Assembly (NCBI GenBank): GCA_965205425.1
Contig: CBDBGZ010000007.1
Location: 1 to 64,000 of the forward strand
DNA from: Nitrosopumilus sp.
GTDB taxonomy: Archaea; Thermoproteota; Nitrososphaeria; Nitrososphaerales; Nitrosopumilaceae
DNA: 64,000 nt
Direction: 5' to 3'
Under the pieces are notes generated by a model. That model searched no databases. It was not told the DNA's origin and was given only the letters and a program-made list of their open reading frames with translations. The translations under genes and the position numbers were made by a program. Every line of letters begins with the position of its first letter. The first letter of the stretch is position 1. Of the stretch, positions 8,569 through 19,253 are shown piece by piece.

Positions 8569-8998
8569 ATTTAGAAGATTTTGAAATTCTAAATGCAAAT
8601 AGTGTGGTTAACAATACCATAGCAAATAACCAAATTCCTATTCCCAAGTGAATTGCAACTAGAACAGCATGAAGTTTTGTATCAATTACCAAAGCACCCA
8701 AAGTAATTTGAGTAATTACCAATGCAGAAGCAAGTGAACTTGTGAATTTTATTTTTAAATCTGCATTCTTGTTAATTAGACTTGTAACCATAGTTGCAAT
8801 AATCAGTACACCAGTTGTTGCTGCAGTTGTTCTATGAACCCATTCTACAAGATATTCTTCAGAAGGCATTATTCCATTAGGACATAAAGGCCATTCAGGG
8901 CAAGTTAAACCCAGTCCAGCTGCTGAGATGTATCCACCAATAAACATCAACGAATACAAAACAATCATTGTTGTTAATGCAAGATATTGAATAGCCAA
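8555..8998 (-). CDS. ctaA: Heme A synthase (short archaeal COX15/CtaA)
   Basis: GLTCPEWPLC, EWVHR, QITLGAL, VAIHL. Confidence 0.92.
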   Translation of the reverse strand: MAIQYLALTTMIVLYSLMFIGGYISAAGLGLTCPEWPLCPNGIMPSEEYLVEWVHRTTAATTGVLIIATMVTSLINKNADLKIKFTSSLASALVITQITLGALVIDTKLHAVLVAIHLGIGIWLFAMVLLTTLFAFRISKSSKSIAD

Positions 8999-9010
8999 GG
9001 TTTTTCGTTT

Positions 9011-10000
9011 CTAGTTTACTGTAATCGTACCGAGCATCCAAGGATGAACCATGCAAAAGTATGGGTATTCTCCTGCTTCATCTAATGTAACTGAGAACGT
9101 ACCACCTGCCATAAACAAACTACTATCAAAGAGTCCATCAGCACCATCTGCTGGAGTACCACTTGTAACTGTGTGAGCTGCTGAGTCATCATTTGACCAA
9201 GTAATTTCTTCACCTGCTGAAACTGTGACATGATATGGAATATAACATTCGTTTGTTTCATCACATCCAGGAACTCCAGAACCATCTGGGAGAGATATTA
9301 CTCCATCATATGCTACAGGTTCTGGGGTCATTACTTCTTCCATTACTTCTGGTTCTGTAACTTCTTCCATTACCTCTTCTTCAATTTCTTCTATTACTTC
9401 TGGTTCTGGTATAACTTCCATAACTTCTTCTTCAACTGAAGCATTTCCTACAATGATTTTACCTACCATTCCTTGTTCTCTGTGTCCTGGAACTGTACAA
9501 ATGTAATAATAAACTCCATCTTCACCTGCAATGAATTCTGAAGATCCACTTTCACCTGGTTTTAATGGGTTTGATGCTGTTGCAACTTCACTGCCTGCTA
9601 CAACTCCTCCAAAGCCTTCATCATCAGCTGTTACACCAAATGAGTGAAATGATTTTCCATCATTGATTACATCAAAGACTACTTTATCTCCAACTTCCAT
9701 ATTGATTGTTGGATTGTTATCAGGTTCTCCAGGTAATTCGTTAAATGCCAAAGTCCTAAAGTCAGATGATTCAATAAATGAGAGAGTTGACATGATAGTT
9801 GCGCCAGTATGGACTGCTACTGCTCCATGATCATCTCCACCTGCCATCATTGCTACAACTGGGGCAGGTTCTGATATCCAATAGTCCCACATTGAAAAGA
9901 AGATTGCTCCACCAACAATGCAGATACCTAACATGATAATCATCATTTTTCCAGTTCTTGCTGGAGTTGTTCTATAAACTTGGGAATTATCGTGACTCAT
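9011..10000 (-). CDS. Membrane-anchored blue copper protein with two cupredoxin domains
   Basis: HSF...CTVPGHREQGM and HTV...CMVHPWM ligand sets, separated by a Glu/Pro-rich linker. Confidence 0.92.
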   Translation of the reverse strand: MSHDNSQVYRTTPARTGKMMIIMLGICIVGGAIFFSMWDYWISEPAPVVAMMAGGDDHGAVAVHTGATIMSTLSFIESSDFRTLAFNELPGEPDNNPTINMEVGDKVVFDVINDGKSFHSFGVTADDEGFGGVVAGSEVATASNPLKPGESGSSEFIAGEDGVYYYICTVPGHREQGMVGKIIVGNASVEEEVMEVIPEPEVIEEIEEEVMEEVTEPEVMEEVMTPEPVAYDGVISLPDGSGVPGCDETNECYIPYHVTVSAGEEITWSNDDSAAHTVTSGTPADGADGLFDSSLFMAGGTFSVTLDEAGEYPYFCMVHPWMLGTITVN

Positions 10001-10012
10001 TTCATATATCTC

Positions 10013-11539
<1,527 letters not shown>

Positions 11540-11588
11540 TAGATAATCTCCTCAGTGTGAACCATTGAAAGTTGTGATAAAAGCGTTG

Positions 11589-12020
11589 TCAAGCCGTTGG
11601 ATCCTCCACAATTAAAGTTCCACGCATGTTATAGTGAATTAATCCACAGTATTCTCTGCATTGAATGTCATGAGTTCCTGCATCAGTTGGAGCAAACCAT
11701 ACAGTGTTTACTCTGCCAGGAATTGCATCCATCAAAACAACATAATCGTGAATGTTAAAAGCATGGTTTACGTCTTTAGAATGAATTTCAAATTTGTATG
11801 CCTTACCGACTTCAACATGTAATTCACCAATTTCTTTTGTTCCATCTTCATGTTCAAAAGTCCAGAACCATTGTTGTCCTGTTACAATAATTGTTTCAGC
11901 ATCTGCTGGAACATGCTCTACTAATCTTTCTGCTTCCCAAGCTTCTGCTCCAACCCAACACATCAATGCTACAACAACACCGATGTAAATCCATTCAGGC
12001 CAATTAGAGTGTCCACCCAT
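11589..12020 (-). CDS. coxB: Heme-copper oxidase subunit II (CuA domain)
   Basis: GQQWFW, DVNH, CREYCGLIHYNM. Confidence 0.96.
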   Translation of the reverse strand: MGGHSNWPEWIYIGVVVALMCWVGAEAWEAERLVEHVPADAETIIVTGQQWFWTFEHEDGTKEIGELHVEVGKAYKFEIHSKDVNHAFNIHDYVVLMDAIPGRVNTVWFAPTDAGTHDIQCREYCGLIHYNMRGTLIVEDPTA

Positions 12021-12022
12021 TA

Positions 12023-12283
12023 TTACCAGTCCGTGCCCTCATATTCAGTTGGTTTAGCTTTAGGATGGGATTCTCTAAATCTCCAAACTTGCCAAATAAT
12101 TGTACCAGATACTACTGCACCTACAGTAAATCCGACTGTCATTAATCTATAAAATAAATTCCAAATAACCACTCTACGGTCAAGATATTCTCCAGGTTCA
12201 TCACCTGCAGCAAATGCTAAGTCCACAGCTGGAATTATCATCAAAACTGCCATTACTAAGAGTAACCCAACGAATTTCTTCAT
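12023..12283 (-). CDS. Small membrane protein, probably the split N-terminal TM part of oxidase subunit II
   Basis: Signal peptide plus TM helix ending WRFRE; first gene of the cox operon. Confidence 0.75.
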   Translation of the reverse strand: MKKFVGLLLVMAVLMIIPAVDLAFAAGDEPGEYLDRRVVIWNLFYRLMTVGFTVGAVVSGTIIWQVWRFRESHPKAKPTEYEGTDW

Positions 12284-12342
12284 AGCGATTGAATGACGTG
12301 GCCTATAATTTCTATTTAAGGGTTTTCAAGATTATTAGCTAC

Positions 12343-13403
12343 TATCTTTTCCGGAAATTATTTCACCCCTTAACTAGGAGAGCATCATTCCCATACTATC
12401 GTATGCGTGGGTATCGTGGCATACCTATGGTAAAGTTAGATGAGAATAAGATCAGGTGGATTATACAATCTAAAAATGAAAAAGTCAAGAATTTAGATAT
12501 TTCAGTAATCCTCAAGATAACGCCTAGAAGAGTACAACAAGTCTACTCTCAGTACAAAAAAACCAAAAAGATTCCCACACTCAAAAGACCAGGGCGTCCA
12601 AAAAAGCCAGTCACTGTACACGAGATAGAGCTAGTCAAACAAGTTCAAGAAAAATTTCATACAAACGCACTATACCTTGAGAAAATCATATCAAAATTGT
12701 ACAATACCAAGATAAACCACAATCGCATCCACAAGATTATGCTAGATGAAGGATTATCAGTTGAGCAACCACGGAAAAAGATGAGAAGAAAGTGGATCAG
12801 GTATGAACGTGAATATTCAAATTCACTGTGGCATACTGACTGGCACACAATACATGATTCACGCTGGGCAGGAAAACAACTAATTGCATTTGAAGATGAT
12901 GCCTCACGATTTATCACGGGTTTCGGAGTGTATGATGAGGCAACATCTGTGAATTCTTCTGAAGTACTATCTGATGCAATAAAGAATCACGGTAGACCAG
13001 CATCTGTACTATCTGATAATGGAAAACAGTTCACATCAAATGTCAATACTCTTGATCATAACAAGCCAGTAGACTTTGAGCAGCAACTAATGAGACATCA
13101 CGTAAAGCACTCTCGTACAAGAGTGAGACATCCACAAACAAATGGTAAGCTAGAAAAGTTCTGGGATATCTTTGAGTGTAAAATAGAATACTTTGAGTCA
13201 GTGGAGCAGTTTATGCATTGGTACAATCACATTAGAGTTCATGGCGCACTAGACTTGGATAACATGGAGACACCATCTGATGCGTATCACTCCAAGATGA
13301 TAACAAACGAAATACTCATAGACCCAAGCATTCTATGGAGGAATTACTCATGAAAGTGACACGAAATAATTTCTGGAAAGAACACTGATTTTGGGATACA
13401 ACA
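12343..13403 (+). mobile_element. IS481-family element A (12343-13384) plus 19-bp tip of element B; 15-bp target duplication
   Basis: TIRs TATCTTTTCCGGAAATTATTTC / TGTTCTTTCCAGAAATTATTTC; direct repeat AAGATTATTAGCTAC at 12328-12342 and 13404-13418. Confidence 0.92.
12427..13353 (+). CDS. IS481-family transposase (rve core)
   Basis: WHTDW, DDASRF, SDNGKQF, PQTNGKLEK. Start MVKLD chosen by alignment with the element B transposase. Confidence 0.93.
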   Translation: MVKLDENKIRWIIQSKNEKVKNLDISVILKITPRRVQQVYSQYKKTKKIPTLKRPGRPKKPVTVHEIELVKQVQEKFHTNALYLEKIISKLYNTKINHNRIHKIMLDEGLSVEQPRKKMRRKWIRYEREYSNSLWHTDWHTIHDSRWAGKQLIAFEDDASRFITGFGVYDEATSVNSSEVLSDAIKNHGRPASVLSDNGKQFTSNVNTLDHNKPVDFEQQLMRHHVKHSRTRVRHPQTNGKLEKFWDIFECKIEYFESVEQFMHWYNHIRVHGALDLDNMETPSDAYHSKMITNEILIDPSILWRNYS

Positions 13404-13414
13404 AAGATTATTAG

Positions 13415-14038
13415 CTACCAACCCTGATCGAATCTAGATGGATGCATTACATTAAGTCCCGAAAGGGAGAACTTTTGTTCTTTTTCTCTAAAGATGTTTA
13501 GAGATGCATTTGCAATTATTAACTCAAATAGATTGGTAGGAGACATATCAACAATCGTTGAAAGCATTGCTTTGATAGGATCCATATGGGTTACCAATAC
13601 AACATTTTCATCAGGGTGTTTTTCAGTTACATGCTCAACTATTCCTAAAACGCGTTTTTTGACTTGATCAAAAGTCTCTACGCCATTATGAGCAATTTCT
13701 AATTCACCATTATAGAATTTCATAAAGACGTTACCATGACTGGTAAAAATTTCATCATATGGCATTCCAGTAAATTTTCCCATGTCAAGTTCAATTAGTC
13801 TTTCATCAATTGTTACATCTATTGAATTATGATTACCAACAATTTCTGCTGTATGTTTTGCTCGTTGAATTGGACTAGAATAAATTGCTGAAACATTCAT
13901 GTGTTCAAGTAATTCAGCAGTATGTTCTGCTTGTTTAATACCAGTTTCAGTTAATGGAACTCCTTCTGTTCGTCCAGCTAGAATTCTTTCAGTGTTATTT
14001 TTTGCTTGACCATGTCTAAGGAAGATTATCTGTCCCAA
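13415..14038 (-). CDS. Histidine phosphatase (phosphoglycerate mutase family)
   Basis: LRHGQ, YSSP.RA, LVTH. Confidence 0.93.
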   Translation of the reverse strand: MGQIIFLRHGQAKNNTERILAGRTEGVPLTETGIKQAEHTAELLEHMNVSAIYSSPIQRAKHTAEIVGNHNSIDVTIDERLIELDMGKFTGMPYDEIFTSHGNVFMKFYNGELEIAHNGVETFDQVKKRVLGIVEHVTEKHPDENVVLVTHMDPIKAMLSTIVDMSPTNLFELIIANASLNIFREKEQKFSLSGLNVMHPSRFDQGW

Positions 14039-14088
14039 TTTGATCGCTGTTCAAATAGAGATAATAATAACATTGTCAGATAGATATC

Positions 14089-14760
14089 ATGAAAATTGGA
14101 ATTATTGGAGGAACTGGTGGAATGGGCAAAGGATTTGCTTTAAGATGGTCACAAAACAATGACGTCATTGTTGGATCGAGAGATGCTACAAGAGCATCTG
14201 AATCAGCTGTAGAATATACAAATCTTGCAAAAGAAGCATTTGGAGAAATCAAGGGAACAATTACAGGAAATGACAATGTTTCAGTTGCAAAAGAAAGTGA
14301 TGTTTTGATTTTATCTATTCCATATGAGAATATAGATTCAGTTTGTTCTGGTATTTTATCAGAAGTTAAAGACAGTTGTGTTGTTGTATCTCCTATTGTA
14401 CCAATGACAAAAACAGATGTGGGATTTGAATGTGTTTCAATTAAAGACAACAAACCATTTTCATACAAACTTGTTTCAGATCATATGAAAGACAAATCAA
14501 AACTTGTTTCAGCATTTCATGTAATTTCTGAAAAGAAACTAGTCAATCCAACACTTGAACTAGATTATGACATATTTGTTTGCGGAGATGACAAAGAAGC
14601 TGTCAATGTAGTAAATTCTTTGATAGATGAAATCAAAGGATTAAGATCAATCTACTTGGGACCAATTGAATTGTCATATCTAGCAGAAATGTCCACACCA
14701 TTGCTACTAAATGCAATGATTAGAAATAAGATAAAGAATCCAGGTATCAAAATAATCTAA
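14089..14760 (+). CDS. npdG: F420-dependent NADP oxidoreductase
   Basis: IIGGTGGMG, VGSR, VSAFH. Confidence 0.88.
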   Translation: MKIGIIGGTGGMGKGFALRWSQNNDVIVGSRDATRASESAVEYTNLAKEAFGEIKGTITGNDNVSVAKESDVLILSIPYENIDSVCSGILSEVKDSCVVVSPIVPMTKTDVGFECVSIKDNKPFSYKLVSDHMKDKSKLVSAFHVISEKKLVNPTLELDYDIFVCGDDKEAVNVVNSLIDEIKGLRSIYLGPIELSYLAEMSTPLLLNAMIRNKIKNPGIKII

Positions 14761-14779
14761 ATCTGTTTTTTCATTTATC

Positions 14780-15013
14780 ATGAGTCACGAATATTATAGA
14801 CGGGGTAGGAATTGGTTTACAGCGATTGGGGTTCTTTTTTGTGTAATGGGAGGAATTGTTCTCATACAGCAGTTATTGATATGGGGAATAGATTTTGTGG
14901 AAGATTTTTTGTTTAATGGGGAGTTTACAAATGAAAAAGTCTCTGTTGCAATGTTAGGCTTTGGGATTTTTATGATAGCATTGGGGTTTAGTAAACATGA
15001 ACAAAAGAGATGA
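14780..15013 (+). CDS. Small two-TM hypothetical protein
   Basis: Two hydrophobic segments; co-oriented with neighbours. Confidence 0.7.
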   Translation: MSHEYYRRGRNWFTAIGVLFCVMGGIVLIQQLLIWGIDFVEDFLFNGEFTNEKVSVAMLGFGIFMIALGFSKHEQKR

Positions 15014-15398
15014 ATTTCTAAGAGAACAAAAAATATTACGATTAGCAACAATTAGTAAAAATAAAACTCCACATATTGTGCCTGTTTGGTATAGGTATAG
15101 TGCAAAAAAATTCTACATTGGAACAAATATCAAAACTCAAAAGGCAAAAAATGTTATGAAGAACAAACATGTGTCATGTTGTATTGATGTTGGAATTAAT
15201 GCACCAAATATTTACGGTGTAATGGTACAAGGAAATGCAAGTTTAATTTTAGATGCCCCCAAAGTAAAAACAATTGCAAAGAAAATTCTTTTACGATATT
15301 TTAAAACATTAGAGAATAAATCAGCAAAAGAATTACTAGATGCTACAGATTGTATAATAGAAATTGTTCCTGAAAAATTTACAGTTTGGAATTACTAA
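14997..15398 (+). CDS. Pyridoxamine 5'-phosphate oxidase-like (FMN/F420 split-barrel) protein
   Basis: LRLATI...PHIVPVWY...KAKN. Confidence 0.88.
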   Translation: MNKRDEFLREQKILRLATISKNKTPHIVPVWYRYSAKKFYIGTNIKTQKAKNVMKNKHVSCCIDVGINAPNIYGVMVQGNASLILDAPKVKTIAKKILLRYFKTLENKSAKELLDATDCIIEIVPEKFTVWNY

Positions 15399-16567
15399 GT
15401 AACAAACTCTTCAATTTTATTCATTGCAGAATCTAATATTTCTAAACTAGGAAGATAGACTAGTCTAAAATGTCCACTACCATATTGTTCACCAAATCCT
15501 GAACCATGAACAGTTAATACTCCTTTTTCTTCTAAGAGTTTTGTTACAAATTCTTTGTCAGTTTGAAATTTACTATCTTCAATTTTTGGAAATGCATAAA
15601 ATGCACCTTTTGGATTAGAACATGACAAACCAGGCATTTCATTTAGTCGTTTAACAACCAAATCACGATGTTTTTTCATTTCTGAAACAAAATTATTAAT
15701 ATAATTTTGAGATCCATGAAGAGATTCCAAAGCTGCATGTTGTACAGGAAGACTAGTTGCGATTCGGACTCTTGCCAATTTTGGAAGATGTTCACGTAAT
15801 TCAGCTAATTGAGGTGATTGATTAAATGCAATGTATCCAATTCTCCAACCAGACATTAAATGTACTTTAGAGAATCCATTTAGAACAATTACAGGTGAGT
15901 CACCAGCTACTTTTCCAATTCCAACAAATTTTTCATCAAATATTATTTGATCATAAATTTCATCACAGATAATGTAGAGATTATGCTGATTTGCAACATC
16001 TACTAAATCTTTGAGTGCTTTTTCATTAAATACAACACCTGTAGGGTTATTTGGACTGATAAGACAAATTGCTACAGTCTTTGGAGTGATTTTAGATTTA
16101 ATGTCATCAATGTCAGGAGTAGAATTATTCAAGTCTACTGCAAATTCTACAGGAAGACCACCATGCAATCGTACATAGGAAGCATATGGAGGATAGTATG
16201 GACCTGGAAGAAGTACCTCATCACCTTCTTCAACTATTGAAGAAATAACCATATCAAGGCCTTCAGATACTCCATTTGTGATTAATATGTCATCAGCAGT
16301 AATTGAAAGTCCTTTAGCATTTTCTTTTTTAGCAATCTCTTCTCTTAATTCTAGTAACCCTTCAGATGAAGAATAGAAATTATTACCGTCGTTAATTGCA
16401 TCAATCAAAGCTTTTTTTACATTATCAGGAGGTTGAAATCCGAATTGTACAGGGTCACCGATGTTGAGATAATCAACTTTCATTCCTTTTTGTTCAACTT
16501 TTCTAGCAGCTAGAACAATATCTCTAATGGCATATTCTACCCCAACTACTTTTTTTGATACTTTCAA
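15395..16567 (-). CDS. PLP-dependent aminotransferase class I/II (alanine aminotransferase-like)
   Basis: VEYAIR, LNIGDP, SPNNPTG, DEIYD, SK...SGWRIG. Start set at TTG 16567 to avoid overlap with the tRNA. Confidence 0.93.
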   Translation of the reverse strand: MKVSKKVVGVEYAIRDIVLAARKVEQKGMKVDYLNIGDPVQFGFQPPDNVKKALIDAINDGNNFYSSSEGLLELREEIAKKENAKGLSITADDILITNGVSEGLDMVISSIVEEGDEVLLPGPYYPPYASYVRLHGGLPVEFAVDLNNSTPDIDDIKSKITPKTVAICLISPNNPTGVVFNEKALKDLVDVANQHNLYIICDEIYDQIIFDEKFVGIGKVAGDSPVIVLNGFSKVHLMSGWRIGYIAFNQSPQLAELREHLPKLARVRIATSLPVQHAALESLHGSQNYINNFVSEMKKHRDLVVKRLNEMPGLSCSNPKGAFYAFPKIEDSKFQTDKEFVTKLLEEKGVLTVHGSGFGEQYGSGHFRLVYLPSLEILDSAMNKIEEFVT

Positions 16568-16611
16568 AGTATCTAGACAGATATTTAGACCCGTTAAAAT
16601 CTTACTTGTTT

Positions 16612-16686
16612 GGACTCGTTGCACAGTCTGGATAGTGCGAGCGGCTTCGAACCGCTAGGTCGAGGGATCGAAGCCCTCCGAGCCCT
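16612..16686 (+). tRNA. tRNA-Arg(TCG)
   Basis: Anticodon arm AGCGG-CT-TCG-AA-CCGCT; T-stem GAGGG/CCCTC. Confidence 0.92.
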
Positions 16687-16728
16687 TTAGATTATCTTAT
16701 TAAGTGAATGGTTTCTTAGCAGGATGAA

Positions 16729-17220
16729 ATGAAGATATCACCATTCAAAATTGGATTGGCATTAGTAATAGTAGGAATGGTTTGGACAGCGTTCATTTTC
16801 GATGAAACTGAAAAAAAATATGATTCAATTATTCTAAAGCAATCAAACTCTTTTGAAACAAAATCAGTATTTTCTGGGAACGATATTGGATATTTTAAAT
16901 TATACATGCCTGAATTTGCGGGAGAGGAGATATTCGTTCAGATATTAGATCCTAAAGATAATGTAATTCAAGAACAAATGGTTCAAACAAAAATGTCAGT
17001 AGCATATTTTGACTTTAATGGTGATGGTGAATATACAATTAAGATTACAAATATTTCAACGAACCCAATTGACATACAAATAGAATTTGGCAATACAAAC
17101 TCTCAAAAAATGTATTCATCAGGTATTTTGATTCTAATTGGTGCTCTTGTAATGATGGTAATGTCATATATGAAAATAAAAAATTACAATATAGAACAAC
17201 CAGAAGAAAATATTTCATAG
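16729..17220 (+). CDS. Hypothetical protein with N- and C-terminal TM helices
   Basis: Hydrophobic ends around a beta-rich middle. Confidence 0.75.
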   Translation: MKISPFKIGLALVIVGMVWTAFIFDETEKKYDSIILKQSNSFETKSVFSGNDIGYFKLYMPEFAGEEIFVQILDPKDNVIQEQMVQTKMSVAYFDFNGDGEYTIKITNISTNPIDIQIEFGNTNSQKMYSSGILILIGALVMMVMSYMKIKNYNIEQPEENIS

Positions 17221-17792
17221 ATTTGAATACATTGGATTGTATGTCCAAAAAATAATACAAGATTAAAAATTAACCAAGTTGTGAAAAACAAAAAGGCAAT
17301 TATAGAGAATGGAAGAAAGATTTTGAGTTTGGTATACTCTCTATTTTTTAGAATTAAAACTGCTCCTAATGATGCAAGCACTAGACCTAACTCAAGTGGT
17401 TGATGCGACCACGAAATTAATCCATCAATTCCAAATAAATCATGAGATAAAGAATCACCAAATCCTGAAACAATTTGTAATACAGATCCTACAATTACTA
17501 GTTTAATTCCAGTTTTTAGAGAATTATGAACCGATTTTCTAATAATTAACATACTACCCATTATTGCAGCACAGCTAGTCAAAGAAACTCCAAAGTATAC
17601 CACAATGTGGGAAGGACTCCAGAAAAACTCTGGTTCTTTTTGAAGGTGAGAAATTGCATCCCAGAATCCTGCTGAAACTATAATGATTGGACCAATTACT
17701 GCTAAAATAGAAACTAGTGAAACTAACGTACTTGATTTTACAAGTGTAGAATTTGAGAGTCGTTGAATTAGTTTCATTTTATTTTTAATCAA
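17184..17792 (-). CDS. Polytopic membrane protein with two DxxxH(x12)H motifs
   Basis: WDAISH..SPSH and GDSLSH..SWSH. Confidence 0.8.
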   Translation of the reverse strand: MIKNKMKLIQRLSNSTLVKSSTLVSLVSILAVIGPIIIVSAGFWDAISHLQKEPEFFWSPSHIVVYFGVSLTSCAAIMGSMLIIRKSVHNSLKTGIKLVIVGSVLQIVSGFGDSLSHDLFGIDGLISWSHQPLELGLVLASLGAVLILKNREYTKLKIFLPFSIIAFLFFTTWLIFNLVLFFGHTIQCIQIYEIFSSGCSIL

Positions 17793-17875
17793 TAATTGGC
17801 ATATTTGAAATATTGTAAAGATGTCAATAAGAAAAATTTGACGCTGTGGGTAATTTTATGAATTAACTATATTAG

Positions 17876-18136
17876 ATGATACAGTTTAGTCTGAATATGA
17901 GTCCAGGTATAGGATTAATGAAAAGACGTCTAGAGAAAGAGAAAGATGCTATTGCACTTGCCATTTCAGGAATTGCAAAAAAATACGATGTAAAGCCTGA
18001 AAATATCAAAACACTGGAAACAAAGTATCATGATGATGCTGGAGATTGGTATGTTGCATTAGGATGGGAAGAAGAAAAGGCTATTGTGAAGATGGATTCA
18101 GTATTAGGAACAATCACAGAAATTAAAGAAATTTAA
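17876..18136 (+). CDS. Hypothetical protein
   Basis: Clean ORF; start may be MSPG at 17897. Confidence 0.75.
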   Translation: MIQFSLNMSPGIGLMKRRLEKEKDAIALAISGIAKKYDVKPENIKTLETKYHDDAGDWYVALGWEEEKAIVKMDSVLGTITEIKEI

Positions 18137-18159
18137 TTATCAATGTTATTAAAAATATC

Positions 18160-18807
18160 ATGACTAGAGCAATTGTTCTTGGAGGTTCACGAGGAATAGG
18201 TAAAGCTATTTGTGATTCACTTAAATCTATAAAAATAGATGTTTTTGCTGCATCAAAAAAGGATATCGATACTTCTAATTTAGATAGTGTTAAAAAATTT
18301 TTAGAGAATAATAATAAAACAGATATTCTAATTTTGAATACAGGAGGCCCCACTCCAAAACCGTTTTTGAGTATTACTGAAAAAGATTGGAAATTGTATC
18401 ACAATCAATTATTTTTAGGGTTTTGTACCATTTTACAGAATATTAAAATCAATAATGACGGATATATTTTTTTGATTAGCTCTAGTGTAATTAAAGAACC
18501 AAATGCTAAACTAATAATTTCATCAGCATATCGTGCAGCTTTTGTTGAAGTATTCAAAGTACTAAGTAAAGAATATGCAAAAAACAACATTAGTTGTATC
18601 AATATTGCTCCTGGTCTCATCAATACAGATAGAACTCAAGAATTAATAGATAATGTTAAAGAATTTGAGAAAACATTACCTATGAAACGACTTGGAGAGC
18701 CTGAAGAGATTGGAAATTTTGTTAAATCTATAATTGAAAATAACATAAAATATCTATCAGGAGTCACAATAAACTTTGATGGTGCAAATTCAAATCACAT
18801 ATTCTAA
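18160..18807 (+). CDS. Short-chain dehydrogenase/reductase
   Basis: GGSRGIG, LNTGGP, APG.I.T.R, PMKRLGEPEE. Confidence 0.92.
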   Translation: MTRAIVLGGSRGIGKAICDSLKSIKIDVFAASKKDIDTSNLDSVKKFLENNNKTDILILNTGGPTPKPFLSITEKDWKLYHNQLFLGFCTILQNIKINNDGYIFLISSSVIKEPNAKLIISSAYRAAFVEVFKVLSKEYAKNNISCINIAPGLINTDRTQELIDNVKEFEKTLPMKRLGEPEEIGNFVKSIIENNIKYLSGVTINFDGANSNHIF

Positions 18808-18852
18808 AGTGAATATATAAGAAGTTATTAGGATAGAATATGTTTCTAAAGT

Positions 18853-19251
18853 ATGACAGAATGGAGTACACTAAGAGCTAGATTTCCAGATGATGAATTT
18901 AATGAAATTGAGAGAATAAAAGAACAGTATGGATTAAGTTATAATGAAATTATTCGTTCTGGAGTAAAATTTTATGTCGGTTTAACAATGGCAAAAGAAT
19001 TAGTTGGTGATGCACTTGAAGAAAAAGACATTATGATTGGTGGGAAAAATTTGGGAAAGATGTTAAACAGTCCAGACTATCAAAGAAATTTAGAACAAAA
19101 GGTTTCAAAACTAGTAAAAATTATGATATGGGAATTCTTTGAAAAAGGAATGGACTTTAAAGAAAAAACAAAAAATATTAGAAAAGAACGTAAAGTGGGT
19201 AGACCAAAAATTAAGAAAAAGATAGGTAGACCAAAACAAGGATTAGATTAA
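18853..19251 (+). CDS. Putative DNA-binding protein (RHH-like N-terminus, GRPK repeats)
   Basis: TLRARFPDDEF...SYNEIIR; tail RKVGRPK..KIGRPK. Confidence 0.7.
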   Translation: MTEWSTLRARFPDDEFNEIERIKEQYGLSYNEIIRSGVKFYVGLTMAKELVGDALEEKDIMIGGKNLGKMLNSPDYQRNLEQKVSKLVKIMIWEFFEKGMDFKEKTKNIRKERKVGRPKIKKKIGRPKQGLD

Positions 19252-19253
19252 GA

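Noticed and set aside
12289..12426. N-terminal extension of the IS481-A transposase
   Set aside because: Starts outside the element; homology with the B transposase begins at MVKLD (12427).
16568..16624. N-terminal extension of the aminotransferase
   Set aside because: Overlaps tRNA-Arg and its promoter region; family similarity starts at MKVSKKV.
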